Below, one piece after another: positions 42,466 through 54,360 of a DNA stretch of 64,000 nt (position 1 is the first letter of the stretch; each line of letters begins with the position of its first letter). This DNA comes from Octopus vulgaris (lineage: Eukaryota): positions 79,484,001-79,548,000 of the forward strand of contig OX597830.1 of NCBI GenBank assembly GCA_951406725.2, given 5' to 3'. Under the pieces are notes generated by a model. It made no database searches. It was not told the origin of the DNA and was given only the letters and a program-made list of their open reading frames with translations. Both the position numbers and the translations under genes were made by a program.

Positions 42466-42649
42466 GCATAGAAGAATAGAATTGTTTAGATGTTAACTAT
42501 TAATAATAACCTAACTATAACCAATAAAAGACTGGTTTGCTATTAAAGAGAGTAAATTAATATGATATATATATAAACTTAACCAGTTATCCTTAATATT
42601 TCATTTCCGGTCTATATTTTATGTTTTTATTTCTCTAATAACAACTTAC

Positions 42650-42809
42650 TTTGCCTTTTGATTTGTAAAATAGTATCTTCTAACTGTTTTTTGAATTCAA
42701 GTTCTACCCGAGAAGTGTCGTTGGTACCATCATCAACAAGGATAAAATGTGTATGATTAGGATCCAAGGCATACTCTCCTCCATTAGAATAGTTTGCAGT
42801 CCACAATCC
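42650..42809 (-). CDS. TRPM: TRPM exon: GLWTANYSNGGEYALDPNHTHFILVDDGTNDTSRVELEFKKQLEDTILQIKRQ
   Basis: tttctag| ... |gtaagt; 160 nt, phase 0 to 1. Contains the hallmark LDPNHTHFILVDDGT motif. Not in the ORF track. Confidence 0.95.
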
Positions 42810-42920
42810 CTAGAAATTAAATCGAAATTTTAGTTTTATATATATATATATTTATTATAAAAATCATTATGGTCTAAAAATATATTTATTGTGTTTGTTC
42901 TGACACAGAAAAATATACGG

Positions 42921-42975
<55 letters not shown>

Positions 42976-43249
42976 TGGAAACAGAGAAAGGGGAGAAAAA
43001 GAGAGAGTATCAGAATATAGATTGAGTTATACTGAAAGTGTTGGTGGGGGAGATTTTGATGTTCCCAGACATTAGAAAGAGGAACTCTAATGAATTGCTA
43101 TACAGATGCATAATCACGCCTCCCATACACACACATACATTCATACACCATTCCACAGATATATAGATACATATATGCATATACATATACATACATATAT
43201 GAATGCACTCACACACACGCACAAACACATATATGCCTATAGAACTGGC

Positions 43250-43557
43250 ACTCTGTTGGATACGATAAGAAGTTGATCCGATCGATAGAATAGCATGGTC
43301 TTGAAATTAACGTGCAAGTGGCTGAGCACTCCACAGACACAAACATCCCTAACATTGTTCTCTTGAAGATGAAGCAGAACACACAATGTGACAAGGTGTT
43401 ACAAGTACAACTCATTTTTATCAGCTGAGTGGACCGGATCAACGTGAAATAAAGTATCTTGTCCAAGGACACAACGCGCTGCTCTGACTCGATCTCACAA
43501 CCTTACGATTGTGAGTCAAATACGCAAAGCACTTAGCCACTAAGACGTGTGCCTTTG
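43250..43557 (-). mobile_element. tRNA-derived SINE
   Basis: Minus strand cttagtggctaag...gagatcgagtc...tgtgtccttggacaagatactttatttcacgtt..ccactcagctg; related to the 56526 copy. Confidence 0.75.
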
Positions 43558-43757
43558 CACACACACACACACACACCATACCACACATACACACATGCGT
43601 ATGCACTTACATATATACACATGTATAAGTGTATATAAAAAAGTGTGTTGAAAAATAAATGACAAGTTAAAGAGAATGCATAATCTCTCCATTGTCTTTC
43701 ATTTAATTTCAAATTCCGCTCTATATTCGACCAACACTTACCTCTGAAATACAATAG

Positions 43758-44520
43758 AAATACAATAAGAGGCTTCCAAAGAGGAAAGCCTTGTGCTAGA
43801 AAGAGCAGTAGAACAACTTAAACCACCAAATAAGGATAAATTCTCGAAAGTAATGAAAATTAAAAACGTTTACGATCTCAATTATTTCCCAGACCATGGT
43901 TTCTAACTATTTCCAGCAAAAAAATATTTGTTGAAGGCCAGTTTCATCAGTGGGACAGCCTTTAGGTTTCAAATATACACACAGCCAGATCCACATGTAA
44001 AACTAACTGCCTGTACATCCTAACTTTTCAGACCACTGCGCAGACGCAGATTATACCCGGCGACATTATATTTCTATGTGAATAATATATAGTCTAATGA
44101 CTAATTCGTTTTTGTGCTAGGCCACTGGTAATAATAATTTCTTATTACCCTATTGATATTTATTATGTTTATTCCTTGAGAAATTTGTTTGAAATTTTTA
44201 CCGGCATCCTCTCTGTCGCCGGGTATAATCTGTGTCTGCGCAGTGATCTGGAAAGTTAGGATATACAGGCAGTTAGTTTTACATGTGGAACTGGCTGTGT
44301 GTATATTTGAAATCTAAAGGCTGTCCCACTGATAAAACTGGCCTTCAGCGAATATTTTTTTGCTGGAAATAGTTAGAAACCATGGCCTGGGAAATAATTG
44401 AGATGGTAAACGTTTTAATTTTCATTCCTTTCACGAATTTATCTTTATTTGGTGGTTTGAGTTTTTCTACTGTTCTTTCTAGCACAAGGCTTTCCTCTTT
44501 GGAAGCCTCTTATTTTATTT
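43758..44520. mobile_element. Large foldback/MITE: ~307-bp inverted arms (43758-44065, 44214-44520) with a ~150-bp spacer
   Basis: The arms are near-complementary throughout, with scattered substitutions. Confidence 0.92.
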
Positions 44521-44629
44521 ATATATATATATAAATATCCATATATATGAAGGCATGTATATATATAATTATGTATACGTGTGTTTATATGTATGTGTGT
44601 GTGTGCATGCTTGTGTGTGCGTGTGTATG

Positions 44630-45330
44630 CAAGCTGAATGACCGACGTTGTCTGGGTTATTGCATTTCTTATTTACATTAGTAAACAATAAATATACAAA
44701 TTGTAATGTTAATAGAATTTTGAACTGAAAATCTGTCAATGCCGAAGCACCTCATGGTAAACAATATTCACTGTGCCATTTGTTGTTGGTGTTGAAATGA
44801 ATAAATTATTGCTGCTTCCAACTCGCAAGGGAGTAACAAAGGGTTGGACGTGGGAGAAGTTTGTAGTGGAGAGATCAAGTCCAACTACTTTGAGGGATTG
44901 ACTGATATTTGTTAACTGAAATACCAAAACTTAGTTTGACTAGAAACTGAAGCCTCTTAAATTCAAATGGAACATCAGTAGGTACGAGAGGAATTTTTGG
45001 AATAACGACATTTTCTTCTTTGTGACTACCTGTTATGATTGTTGCCTGAAGGACATGGGGCTTCTTGGAAGTAACAATTAAGTGAGTTCCATTACACAGG
45101 CTAAATGGGTCAAGATTCTTATGCAACATAATGGGAGCACCCAGTTTTAATGTCAAGCTATGCGGTGGCATCCCAATGGATTTAAGTGTGTTCAAAAATT
45201 CAACAAGTATTGAAGGACCTGATTTTGATCGACTGTTGTCAATTGATCAAAAAGTCATTTCTGATGTATCTGTTAACTTTGAAGAAGCTCATGTCATTAA
45301 TTGGAGCTAGTATAACTCTTTCATATAGCC
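44630..45330 (-). mobile_element. Helitron 3' end (PIF1-like helicase C-terminus plus terminal hairpin)
   Basis: GMPPHSLTLKLGAPIMLHKNLDP..LCNGT..IPKIPL..PFEFKRLQF..NIVYHEVL; terminal aacccagacaacgtcggtc..cagct(t)g. Confidence 0.88.
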
Positions 45331-45359
45331 AGTTTACTTCAGAGTAATTGACAGATAAT

Positions 45360-46335
45360 TTATCTGTCAATTAGGGAATATGCTAGGTGGGAAAGAACTT
45401 TGTGGCCATGTTCCCTCAACTTCTGGAGCATCATTAAAGCATTGTCATGAAGAATGTTTGGCCTTGTTCTGTTGCCCTGTCTGGAACGGAGGAGTAGCAG
45501 TTTTTTGTTCATTTTGGCAATTTCATGGCAATATGTTTCTAAGTTAATGATTTTTCCGGGTTTAAAGAAATTATAGTGGATGACTCCAGCAGTGAACCAC
45601 CAAACAGTCACTATAACCATTTTGAAGAGCTCAGGTTTAGGAAAGGTTTTAGGTACTCCATATTACTCCGACCACTGCAAAGAACTTATTTTATAATTGT
45701 ACAGAATCTACTTTTCATCACAAGTTACAATATGGTTGAGAAATGGTTCGGTCTGGTTACGAAGAAGAAACAACGAACAAATTTCATATCTGTACATTTT
45801 CTGATATTCATTCAAATCATGTGGTACTCATTTGTCGAGCTTTATTGATTTTTCGATTGCATACAAATGGTTTCAAACAGTTTTCTGGTTAACGTGAAGT
45901 TCACGTGCTAGTTCTCAGGTCGTTGTACAGGGATCTTTCTCAATGACGGTCTTTAATTTACTGTAATCGATGACAGATGGGCTACGCTCACAATCTTCAA
46001 GGCCCTAGTCTCCACTGCAAAATCGTTTAAACTATTTTCGAGATGACCACTCAACAAATGCTTCGTTGATATCACAAGCAGTTTCAGCTGCTTTGCATCC
46101 AATTTTGAAGTTGAATAGCAAACTTGCTTGAATATCGCGCATTGACAACTCCATTTCAGATGATTCTGACAATGGCTAAAGAAATAATAATGTTAATTTA
46201 CCGTTGCATTTGGGCAAGTCTATGTCTATATTATCATACAATTGCAATAAAGTGCTTTAAATAATTCAAAACTCTGAAGAAAATCCAGTACAAATTCTTC
46301 ATGATTCAAAATGTTGCTTACTTTTTACGCAAAAT
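45360..46335 (-). mobile_element. Mariner remnant (same family as 37176-38275, opposite orientation) with 5' TIR
   Basis: VTCDEK, VWWFTAGVIHYNFFKPG, ILHDNA, HLAYS; TIR gttgcttacttttta at ~46312-46327. Confidence 0.88.
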
Positions 46336-46354
46336 GAACAAAAAACTGCTACTA

Positions 46355-46490
46355 CTCCGTTCCAGACAAGGCAACAGAAGAGAGCCAATCATTCTTCGTG
46401 ACAATGCTCGGCCATAGGTTTCACTAATGATGCTCCAGAAGTTGAGGGAACTTGGCTACAAAGTTCTTCTCCACCTAGCATATTCCCCAG
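46355..46490 (+). mobile_element. Small inverted mariner fragment
   Basis: ILRDNARP..MMLQKLRELGYKVLLHLAYSP; reverse-complementary to ~45375-45500. Confidence 0.8.
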
Positions 46491-47399
46491 TTTAATTCAA
46501 ATTTCCTACAGTCCTCAAGGTACCTCTTTCTTTTTATATTTTCATTGTTATAATATTTCTAACTTAGACAAAGGGAAAAGTGAAGTACCTATGGTCTTTA
46601 AAGGATTTCTGAAACAGGTGGTGGTTAGAGATTAAAAAGCTACAAGTCATGTGTTGTCTTTATTTTTACTACTTTGATTCATGTAAATAATATGACTGAA
46701 TCCCAAGAATCAACAAAAACAAATAAGGCTCCTGAGATAATGCTCATAGAACCAGGCTCCTGCTGTATTTAGCAAGAGTTCTCTGCTATATAACCACATA
46801 CTCCTTTAATCTCTTAAAAATAGTAAATCTAGACAAACGAATTAATTTTTGAGTTATGTCCATTGCACACAAATTCTAAGCAGAACCAGAAACTAGATCC
46901 AATGTCAAACAAGTGACCAAGATGATTGATAATATTTGAGAAGAGACGGGACACTGCCAAACTGATGTGTTTATTCTTGATAACTAAGGAAACTGAGGCT
47001 ATGTAGAATATGGTATTTTTCCCAGAAACAATGAAATACCTGAAGTAGAATAGAACTCATTCTCTAAGGTCTGGTAATCTAACACCTTATTCACTCAATC
47101 ATTTTTACTTTTTCACTTCAAGTAAAATAGAAAAGCAACACACACACAAAAACCAAAAACCTTGAATAAATTATATTAATTCCTTTATCACAAAATGAGC
47201 ATTGTAACATGAATGGAAATTATAAGGGTCTTTTCTTGATTCCTTGATGTAATCTAATGTTTAAATGTTAAAACTTAATAATTAATATTAAACATTCAAA
47301 CATTAACAGTAAAATGTTATAAATCAATATTTAATGTTAATATGGAGAAAAGATTAGATAAAAAGTTAAAAAAAGAAAATAACTGAAACAAAAATTTAC

Positions 47400-47563
47400 C
47401 TCCTTATTCACTAGGGATTCTTTGTTTTGTACACAGTTCCACCGTGCAATACCAAAGGTTTTCACTTTTTTCATGTCAGCCACTTTATTTTCATTATCAG
47501 ATATAGCTTCCCCAATATATTTCACAACTCCACTATGTAAACCTTCACTTATGATCCAGGCAT
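47400..47563 (-). CDS. TRPM: TRPM exon: (D)AWIISEGLHSGVVKYIGEAISDNENKVADMKKVKTFGIARWNCVQNKESLVNKE
   Basis: ttttgcag| ... |gtaaat; 164 nt, phase 1 to 0, in frame with both neighbouring exons. Matches AWI.T.G...GV.KHVG.A...IGIA.WG.V.N.E.L. Confidence 0.92.
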
Positions 47564-49354
47564 CTGCAAAACAAGAGATCAATAATTATATTCAAACATT
47601 GATTTCTTATTCTAAAACTACAGTATGTTTTTGGACAAAATACCCTATGGCATTTTCTTATATTCCGTCACATTCAGGCTTCACACAAAAAGGCTGAATT
47701 TTCTCTTTGTCCGTGTAAGCTTTATGAAATATGCACCAGTCATTAACTGGGGTTAATCTAATCATTGATATATTCCTCATTATGGAAGTAAGGATATGAT
47801 ATACTGAATCAATCTAGAACTCAATTATCGATTTTCTAATCAGTCCTTGACAAAACATGTAAAACAGAAATACAACCCAAGCAGAATTTGAACTCATAAC
47901 TGAAAGAAACAAAAACCTAAATACAACAATATGCTTATTCAGCCTTTTTCAGATATAGTCATCAGCACCCAGCATATTTTATTCTATATTGATAACTGGA
48001 GATAAGATGAGATGGTCATTGCTGGAATGATTTTGAACATAGGTCTGTTGAATTAAGCTTGACCTCGGTTTCAACAGCAACAAACAGCTCAGCTAGAAAA
48101 CCTTTATAACAAGTCAAAATGAATTATTATTACAATGAAGAGATAAATCCTTTGGAATTACAAATAAAATAGATTCAGCTGCTAGTATTTTTGTAGATAA
48201 ATCCTATGCAAGTATGGAATAAGATATATCTCAGCATGGATCTGAGAATACTGAGAGAATTCCCTTCCCAGCCATGTTAGTTGAGGAGAGGTGGCCCTGA
48301 GGAGGAAGGACTCAAGCAAGAAGGATGTAGCCAATAACTTTAAGTCCTCACAGAGTGATTGATGCTAGTGACAGATAGTGTATTAGGAATACTCAGATTT
48401 GTGCAATTCTTGAGGGATCGATCCTAAACATCCTCTGCCTCATACATCATAGAGAGTGTAAGGTATAGATCTGAATTTTTATTTCAGTCAGAGAAGAAAC
48501 AGAGTGACATACCAAGCTGAGTGATGGATGAGGTCTGCCAATCTCAATCACAAATCTTTGGTTATCCCATAGGTATAATCAAAGACAGTTACCCAAGGTG
48601 TTACAAATTGGGGCGGAACCGGAAAATGCATAATTGCAAAATGAAATCAATAAACTCACAACCATATTATTCCAGGATACTGATAAATTTGATTGGGTTT
48701 GATTATTGTTACTTGGAAATTGTATTGTTCAATAATCAAAAGAAATGGTCATCTATTGAAACCCTTTTACACTGTGTGCTTGGTCGGTCGAGAATCTCCC
48801 CTTTTGTCCCTTCTATATATTTTACTATGGAAATCATTGCTGTGGAACTTAGAAATGCTGGATTTGGGACACATATATTTCCAACTTGACATCTATTACA
48901 TGGATTACCTGGATGTGCCATCATGAACTCAGGTAAGTAATAACTGCTTATGCAGATCACTACTTTTGAATTTACTGTTTGAGAAACTTCGTTCTTTGAG
49001 TGATATATGTTTTCATAGAATTCATTTATTCTTTCTAATATTTGTACAACTTCTGTCAGCTGTTTTCCATCGTTATATTTTAATGATTGTGTTGCGTCCC
49101 ATACTCAACTTTAGTTTACTTTTTTAAACATTTTTGGTTTCAGTTATTTCTTTAGTCGTCTCCATATTTTACTTTCTTTTGTTTTCTCTAATTATTTTCT
49201 TTACTATACAGAACGCTTCCCTTTCCCCCCCCCCCCATCCCTACCTAGTGTCTATCTTCTACTGAATGAATTGATTATATAGCGAATAAAATGAGTTAGT
49301 GAATGCAGGTTGAAGACGATTGTATGTTTACGAGATCTTTCAAATGCTTCCTTT

Positions 49355-49945
49355 TCAGATGCAAAATGCTACTGTCCCCCATCCCAGGGTCTCGCTGTCC
49401 CACACCTCTCACACCTTCAGAGTTGGCACACTTAATGTTGGTACATTCAAAGGTAGGTCTGGTGAAATTGTTGTGATTCTTGAACGGAGACGTGTTGATT
49501 TGTGCTGTATCCAAGAAGTAAGGTGAAGAGGAAGTTCTGTTAGGTTCCTCACAGGCAAAGAACACAAGTATAAGATTTTCTGAGTAGCAAACGCTGATGG
49601 AGTTGACTGTACTCCTTACAGAGAAATGGGTTGATAAGGTAATCGAGGTAGTCAAAAGTCTGTGATAGAATACTTAAGCTTAGACTAGTTCTGCAACGTG
49701 GATTGGCAACCATTATCTTGCATATGCTCCTCAGCCAGGGCTACCTGATGAACAGAAAGACCGATTTTATGACACCCTCTTATAGACTATCTTGTTGATG
49801 AATGACAGGAACCTTGTCTTTGTTGTTGGTGACTTCAACAATCATATTGGACAACATCCAGGGGAATTCCATGGTGTAGATGGTGGCTCTGGATTTGGTT
49901 CCCGCAATGGGGAGGAAACCAAGCTGCTGGAGTTGTGTGATGCAA
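49355..49945 (+). mobile_element. RTE LINE 5' fragment (APE domain)
   Basis: RVGTLNVGTFKGRSGEIV...VDLCCIQEVR; GDFNNHIG; GFGSRNGEETKLLELC. Confidence 0.85.
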
Positions 49946-51373
49946 CAGAAGATAGTTCAAGGATGGGGCTTTCTTCCCACATTTGTAACCCATCATAACT
50001 TTCCTAAGTGTCATTGTTATGAGTATTAGTGCAATTACAAAAACTAACGGTGAGAACGAGTCACCTTGGAAGATTCTCTTTTTAATATTAACTTCTCCAA
50101 GGAATACATTACTTGAGTACAATTTGGTTTACCAATCTTTTATGCTATGCATAAAGAAATTTGTGATGTTGTCAGCAATACTAAACACCTGCAGGCATTC
50201 AATGGTCCAAGAATGAGGCACCATATCATATGCCTTCCTGAAGTCAATCTAAGCCATATACATGTTTGTATGTTGCTTTTTACAATACTTCAAAACTGTT
50301 TTATCTATGATTAGGTGATCCTTGCTACCCTGAGAACTCTTCCTACATCCTTTTTGTTCCTTTGGTTGTATTTCTTTCTGTGCCAGGAAAGTGTATGTCT
50401 TTGCCACACATATTCCAGTGAGTATCTTCCAGATTATCCTTAGGCATACTATGGGTCGGTAGTTTCCCACAATATTCCCCTTCTATTTTTTATTATAAGT
50501 GTTGTCCTCCCAGTCACCATCCACACAGGGACTGTACCTTTCTGGACACACTCATTCAATTGGTCTGCTAGTCTTTCATGCACGGCGTGGCATCTCTTCA
50601 ACCAGAAGCCATGAATCCCATCTGGTCCGGAGGCTTTCCAGTTAGGCACTTTACCCACTTGGTGCTTATGACAATATTCCTTTGTTTCTTTCCTCCTTGA
50701 TATTTCCTATCCATATTGCATCCCTTTTATGCACCACATCATTTCCCCATAATCCGCTCCAGAACTCCTTGGCTTGATTTGCATCAGGAACAACATTTTC
50801 ACCATTGTCTCCTTCTAACATTCGGAAGAATTGCTTCTAGTTATTTTTGAACAATATGTTCCCCTCTAACTGCTTATTCCTGTTCATTGCTTATTCTAAC
50901 GGCTTATTCCTTATTTCTGATCTTTGGGATTTTTGCCATGATCCTCTGTTTTAACTGCTCTATTACTGCATCAAACCCGTTCTTCCTTATTTTATATTTC
51001 TTCTCTAATTTTTCTCGGTCTTTCTTTTTCCCATTTTTCTAGTTTCCTCTTAACCATTGCTCAATTTTCCCTAGATCTTGCCTTGCCCACATTATGTCCC
51101 TTTTAAAGCGTCGTTTCCAATATGGTTCTTTTGCTCCACCATTTTTTGCTTAAGAAAGCTGTAATTTCTCCTCAACAAGTAGTGCAATAGCTCGGAGAAG
51201 ATTCCTTGTTTGTGTTATGTCCTCCATCTGGATGGATGGTATGACAGTATTTATCTTTTGTGTTACTTTATTTATCATACTCCTATCTACCCTTCTCATA
51301 TTCATGGGGATTTTTTTTCTGGAGCATTCATCAACTCGGTGAGACGTCTTTGAATTTCAAGCAATTCATTATC

Positions 51374-51407
<34 letters not shown>

Positions 51408-51471
51408 ATTTGGCTCAAAAGCAAATAGCAAGGCCATGTAGGGGGACATGGAGTTAAGTACAGGGTGGTGT

Positions 51472-54360
51472 TCATGTAAAGAGTTCAGGCCACTTGAGGT
51501 CCAGGGAGGCTTTGAACCGAGCGGTCGTCGGCATCTTCACCGTCTCGTCTGGCAGCTTGTTTCACGGATCCGCAACCCGGACGGAGAAAGCTCCTCTCCT
51601 TCGATTGAGATGAAATCGTCGCAAGTAGAGCTTTTCGGAATGACCCCGCAGCCGACGCTCTGGAGCAGGAGTGAAGAACAGCTCTTTCGAGAGGTTACAC
51701 TTTCCGCTTATGATGTTGTGGGTGAGAATGAGATCACCATGGCGGCGGCGTTTTTCAAGAGAATAAAGGTCGAGCGTCGTCAGCCTTTCTTCGTAGGACA
51801 AATTTTTGAGACCATGAACCATGCGGGTAGCCAACTTCTGGACTCTTTCCAGATGTTGTATGTCTTTGAGGAGATAAGGAGAAGAGGCTTGAATCCCATA
51901 CTCCAATATGGGTCTCACCAGTGTGTCATAGAGTGGTAGGAATATGGCTGCTGTGAGCATTCCGAATGACCGTCGAATCAAGAACAGAATTCCGCGTGCT
52001 TTGTTGGCAGCATGGACGCACTGGGCTGAAGGCGAAAAGGAGGAATTCACCAAGATACCCAGGTCCTTTACCTGATCGGTCCTCTCCAGCAGCAGACGAC
52101 CCGGCTCGAAATCAAGTTGAGTTGCAGGAGTAGAGCCGACAGGCAGATGACAGCACTTTGACACGTTCAGACACAGGTCCCAATCGTTAGACCACTTCCA
52201 AATTTGGTGGAGGCATCGACGAAGATCCTCTATATTACCGCGAGGAGCGACCAGTTTGATATCGTCGGCAAATAGAAGGGTGTGTTGCGTGAGGTCGTCG
52301 GGCAAGTCATTTATGAAGACTAAGAACAACAAGGGCCCAAGCACTGAACCTTGAGGCACGCCACTGCTCGCACTGGAGACGTCGGACCGCGAACCATTAA
52401 CTTGGACTTGGAAGGAGCGATCTGAGAGGAAGGCACCAACCCATCGTACAATATCCGGATGGAAACTATATGCTTGAAGCTTGACAAGTAATAGGCGGTG
52501 GTTTACCGAGTCAAAGGCTTTGGCAAAGTCCAATAAAACGATGTCAACAGCATCACTATCATCGAGGATGCGCGTCACCAATTCTTCCATTACTAGTAGG
52601 TTGGTCAAGCATGATCTCTTCGGCACGAAGCCGTGTTGGGAATCGGAGATAGAGGCTGTGTTTAGGAGGTGGAGCATCATACTTTTCTTAAGGATGGTTT
52701 CGCACATCTTGCTGATTATTGATGTAAGGGAAACCGGTCGGTAGTTAAGCGGGTCTTCGCGGCTCCCTTTCTTGAAAATTGGGCAGATTATCGCTGTTCT
52801 CCAGTCTGCAGGTATAACACCCGTCGCCAATGACATATTGAAAAGTCGTGTTAAGGGCTCGCAGATGACCGGAGCCAACGCTTTGATAACCCGTGGGTGT
52901 ATGCCGTCAGGGCCGTGACCCTTGTTGACATCGAGGCCTTGAATAACACGCTTGACTTCGTCCCGCGTGATGACCAATCGAAGCATTGGAGGTACCGATC
53001 TAACAAATGGAGGGGGTTCACGACCATCATCTTGTTTGAAAATAGTTGAAAAAGCCTCGGCAAATAACTGACTCTATTGATAAGGGTCCTCAATCGATAC
53101 GCCTGTTGAGTCTACCAACGTTGCAATCTGGTTGTTCAATCGGGAATTCCGCTGGACATGAGCAAAGAAGGTTTTGGGATTGCTACTGGCATTTGCCGCG
53201 ATTTTGTATTCATAACTGAAGCGTTCTTTCTTTTCAATTTTCACGGCTCGGTCTCGTTGAGTTTTGTACACCTCAAAAGCTGCAGTCGAATCCAGATTTT
53301 TGAATTCAGCCCAAGCAATATCTCTGAGTCAACGTTCTCGTTTAACCTTCTTCGTCACCCAGGGCTTGTGTTTCTTCCTCTTGGAAAGCCCAACGGGAAC
53401 TGCCTGGTCAGTCAAACAGATTACATATGCTTTGAGGGATGACCATAGTTCGTCAACTGAGGACAACGTCATCAGGGATCGCCAGTCCAGAAGCGCGGAA
53501 GCCTCGGTTAGAATTTCAAGATTAATTGCAGAGAAAACTCTACTCGGCAGCGAAGTAGTCGTGGGCGTAGAAAAAGTTGTGTGCATGACGAACTTCAGGA
53601 CCGCATGATCACTCTTGGCAAGAGGGGCGCACACAGATACGTCTGACACTGATCTTGGATAGCGGGAGAATACCAGATCTAGCATAGATGGCTGCTGCCC
53701 AGACCGATGCCTTGTCGGATATTCAACATGTTGCGATAGAAAACAATCTTCAGCCACGTCAAGAAGGGCCTGGCCGAACCGGGAAGATGTTGTACAAATT
53801 GATGCGGGCCAGTCAATTGTGGGAGCGTTGAAGTCTCCTAGTACCAAACAGTCATGCGAAGCTGAAACGAATCTTATCGCCTCGAGTAAATGAGCATCGT
53901 CCTGGGGGTCGGCAAGAGGCGGCCTGTAGACAGCCAACACGGGCAGGCAAAACTCAGATAGGCTCAGCTTGCAATAGACGGCATCGAATTTTGTTGTAGG
54001 TTGCGCATTAGTGGGTAGAATACCGCTGGACGGTTTGTGCTCAGACTTAACATACACAGCAACACCTCCACCTCGCCTTTTTCCTCTGTCACATCTGAAA
54101 AGGACGTAGCCCTGCAGGTGGATTTCTGAGTCCTTTACTGCTGGAGTCAGCCAAGTCTCGGTGATAGCTATCACATCTGGGGAGTCACGTATGGCCAGTG
54201 TAAATAGTTCACTGAACTTTGGGAATAAGGAGCACGAGCTGGTGTAGACGATGCTGAGCTGTGAAGTCTGAGGGGCGGGAGTTGGGGAACAAGCAGAATA
54301 AGGGGCATCAGAGATAGCATCGTTGACGGGGGTATCAACTTCACTTCGATTTTCCCTCAC
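51472..54360 (-). pseudogene. CR1 ORF2 (APE endonuclease + reverse transcriptase), single frame with three nonsense codons
   Basis: IAITETWL, GGGVAVYVK, LGDFNAP, MLDLVF, SDH; DFAKAFDSV, GVPQGSVLGPLLF, LFADD. In-frame stops at 53329 (TGA), 53074 (TAG) and 51562 (TGA in place of the Trp of PWNKLP); natural stop at 51472. Confidence 0.92.

Noticed and set aside
51448-51939. 163-aa + strand ORF and other antisense ORFs over the CR1
   Set aside because: Shadow ORFs of a GC-rich coding strand with no recognisable motifs.
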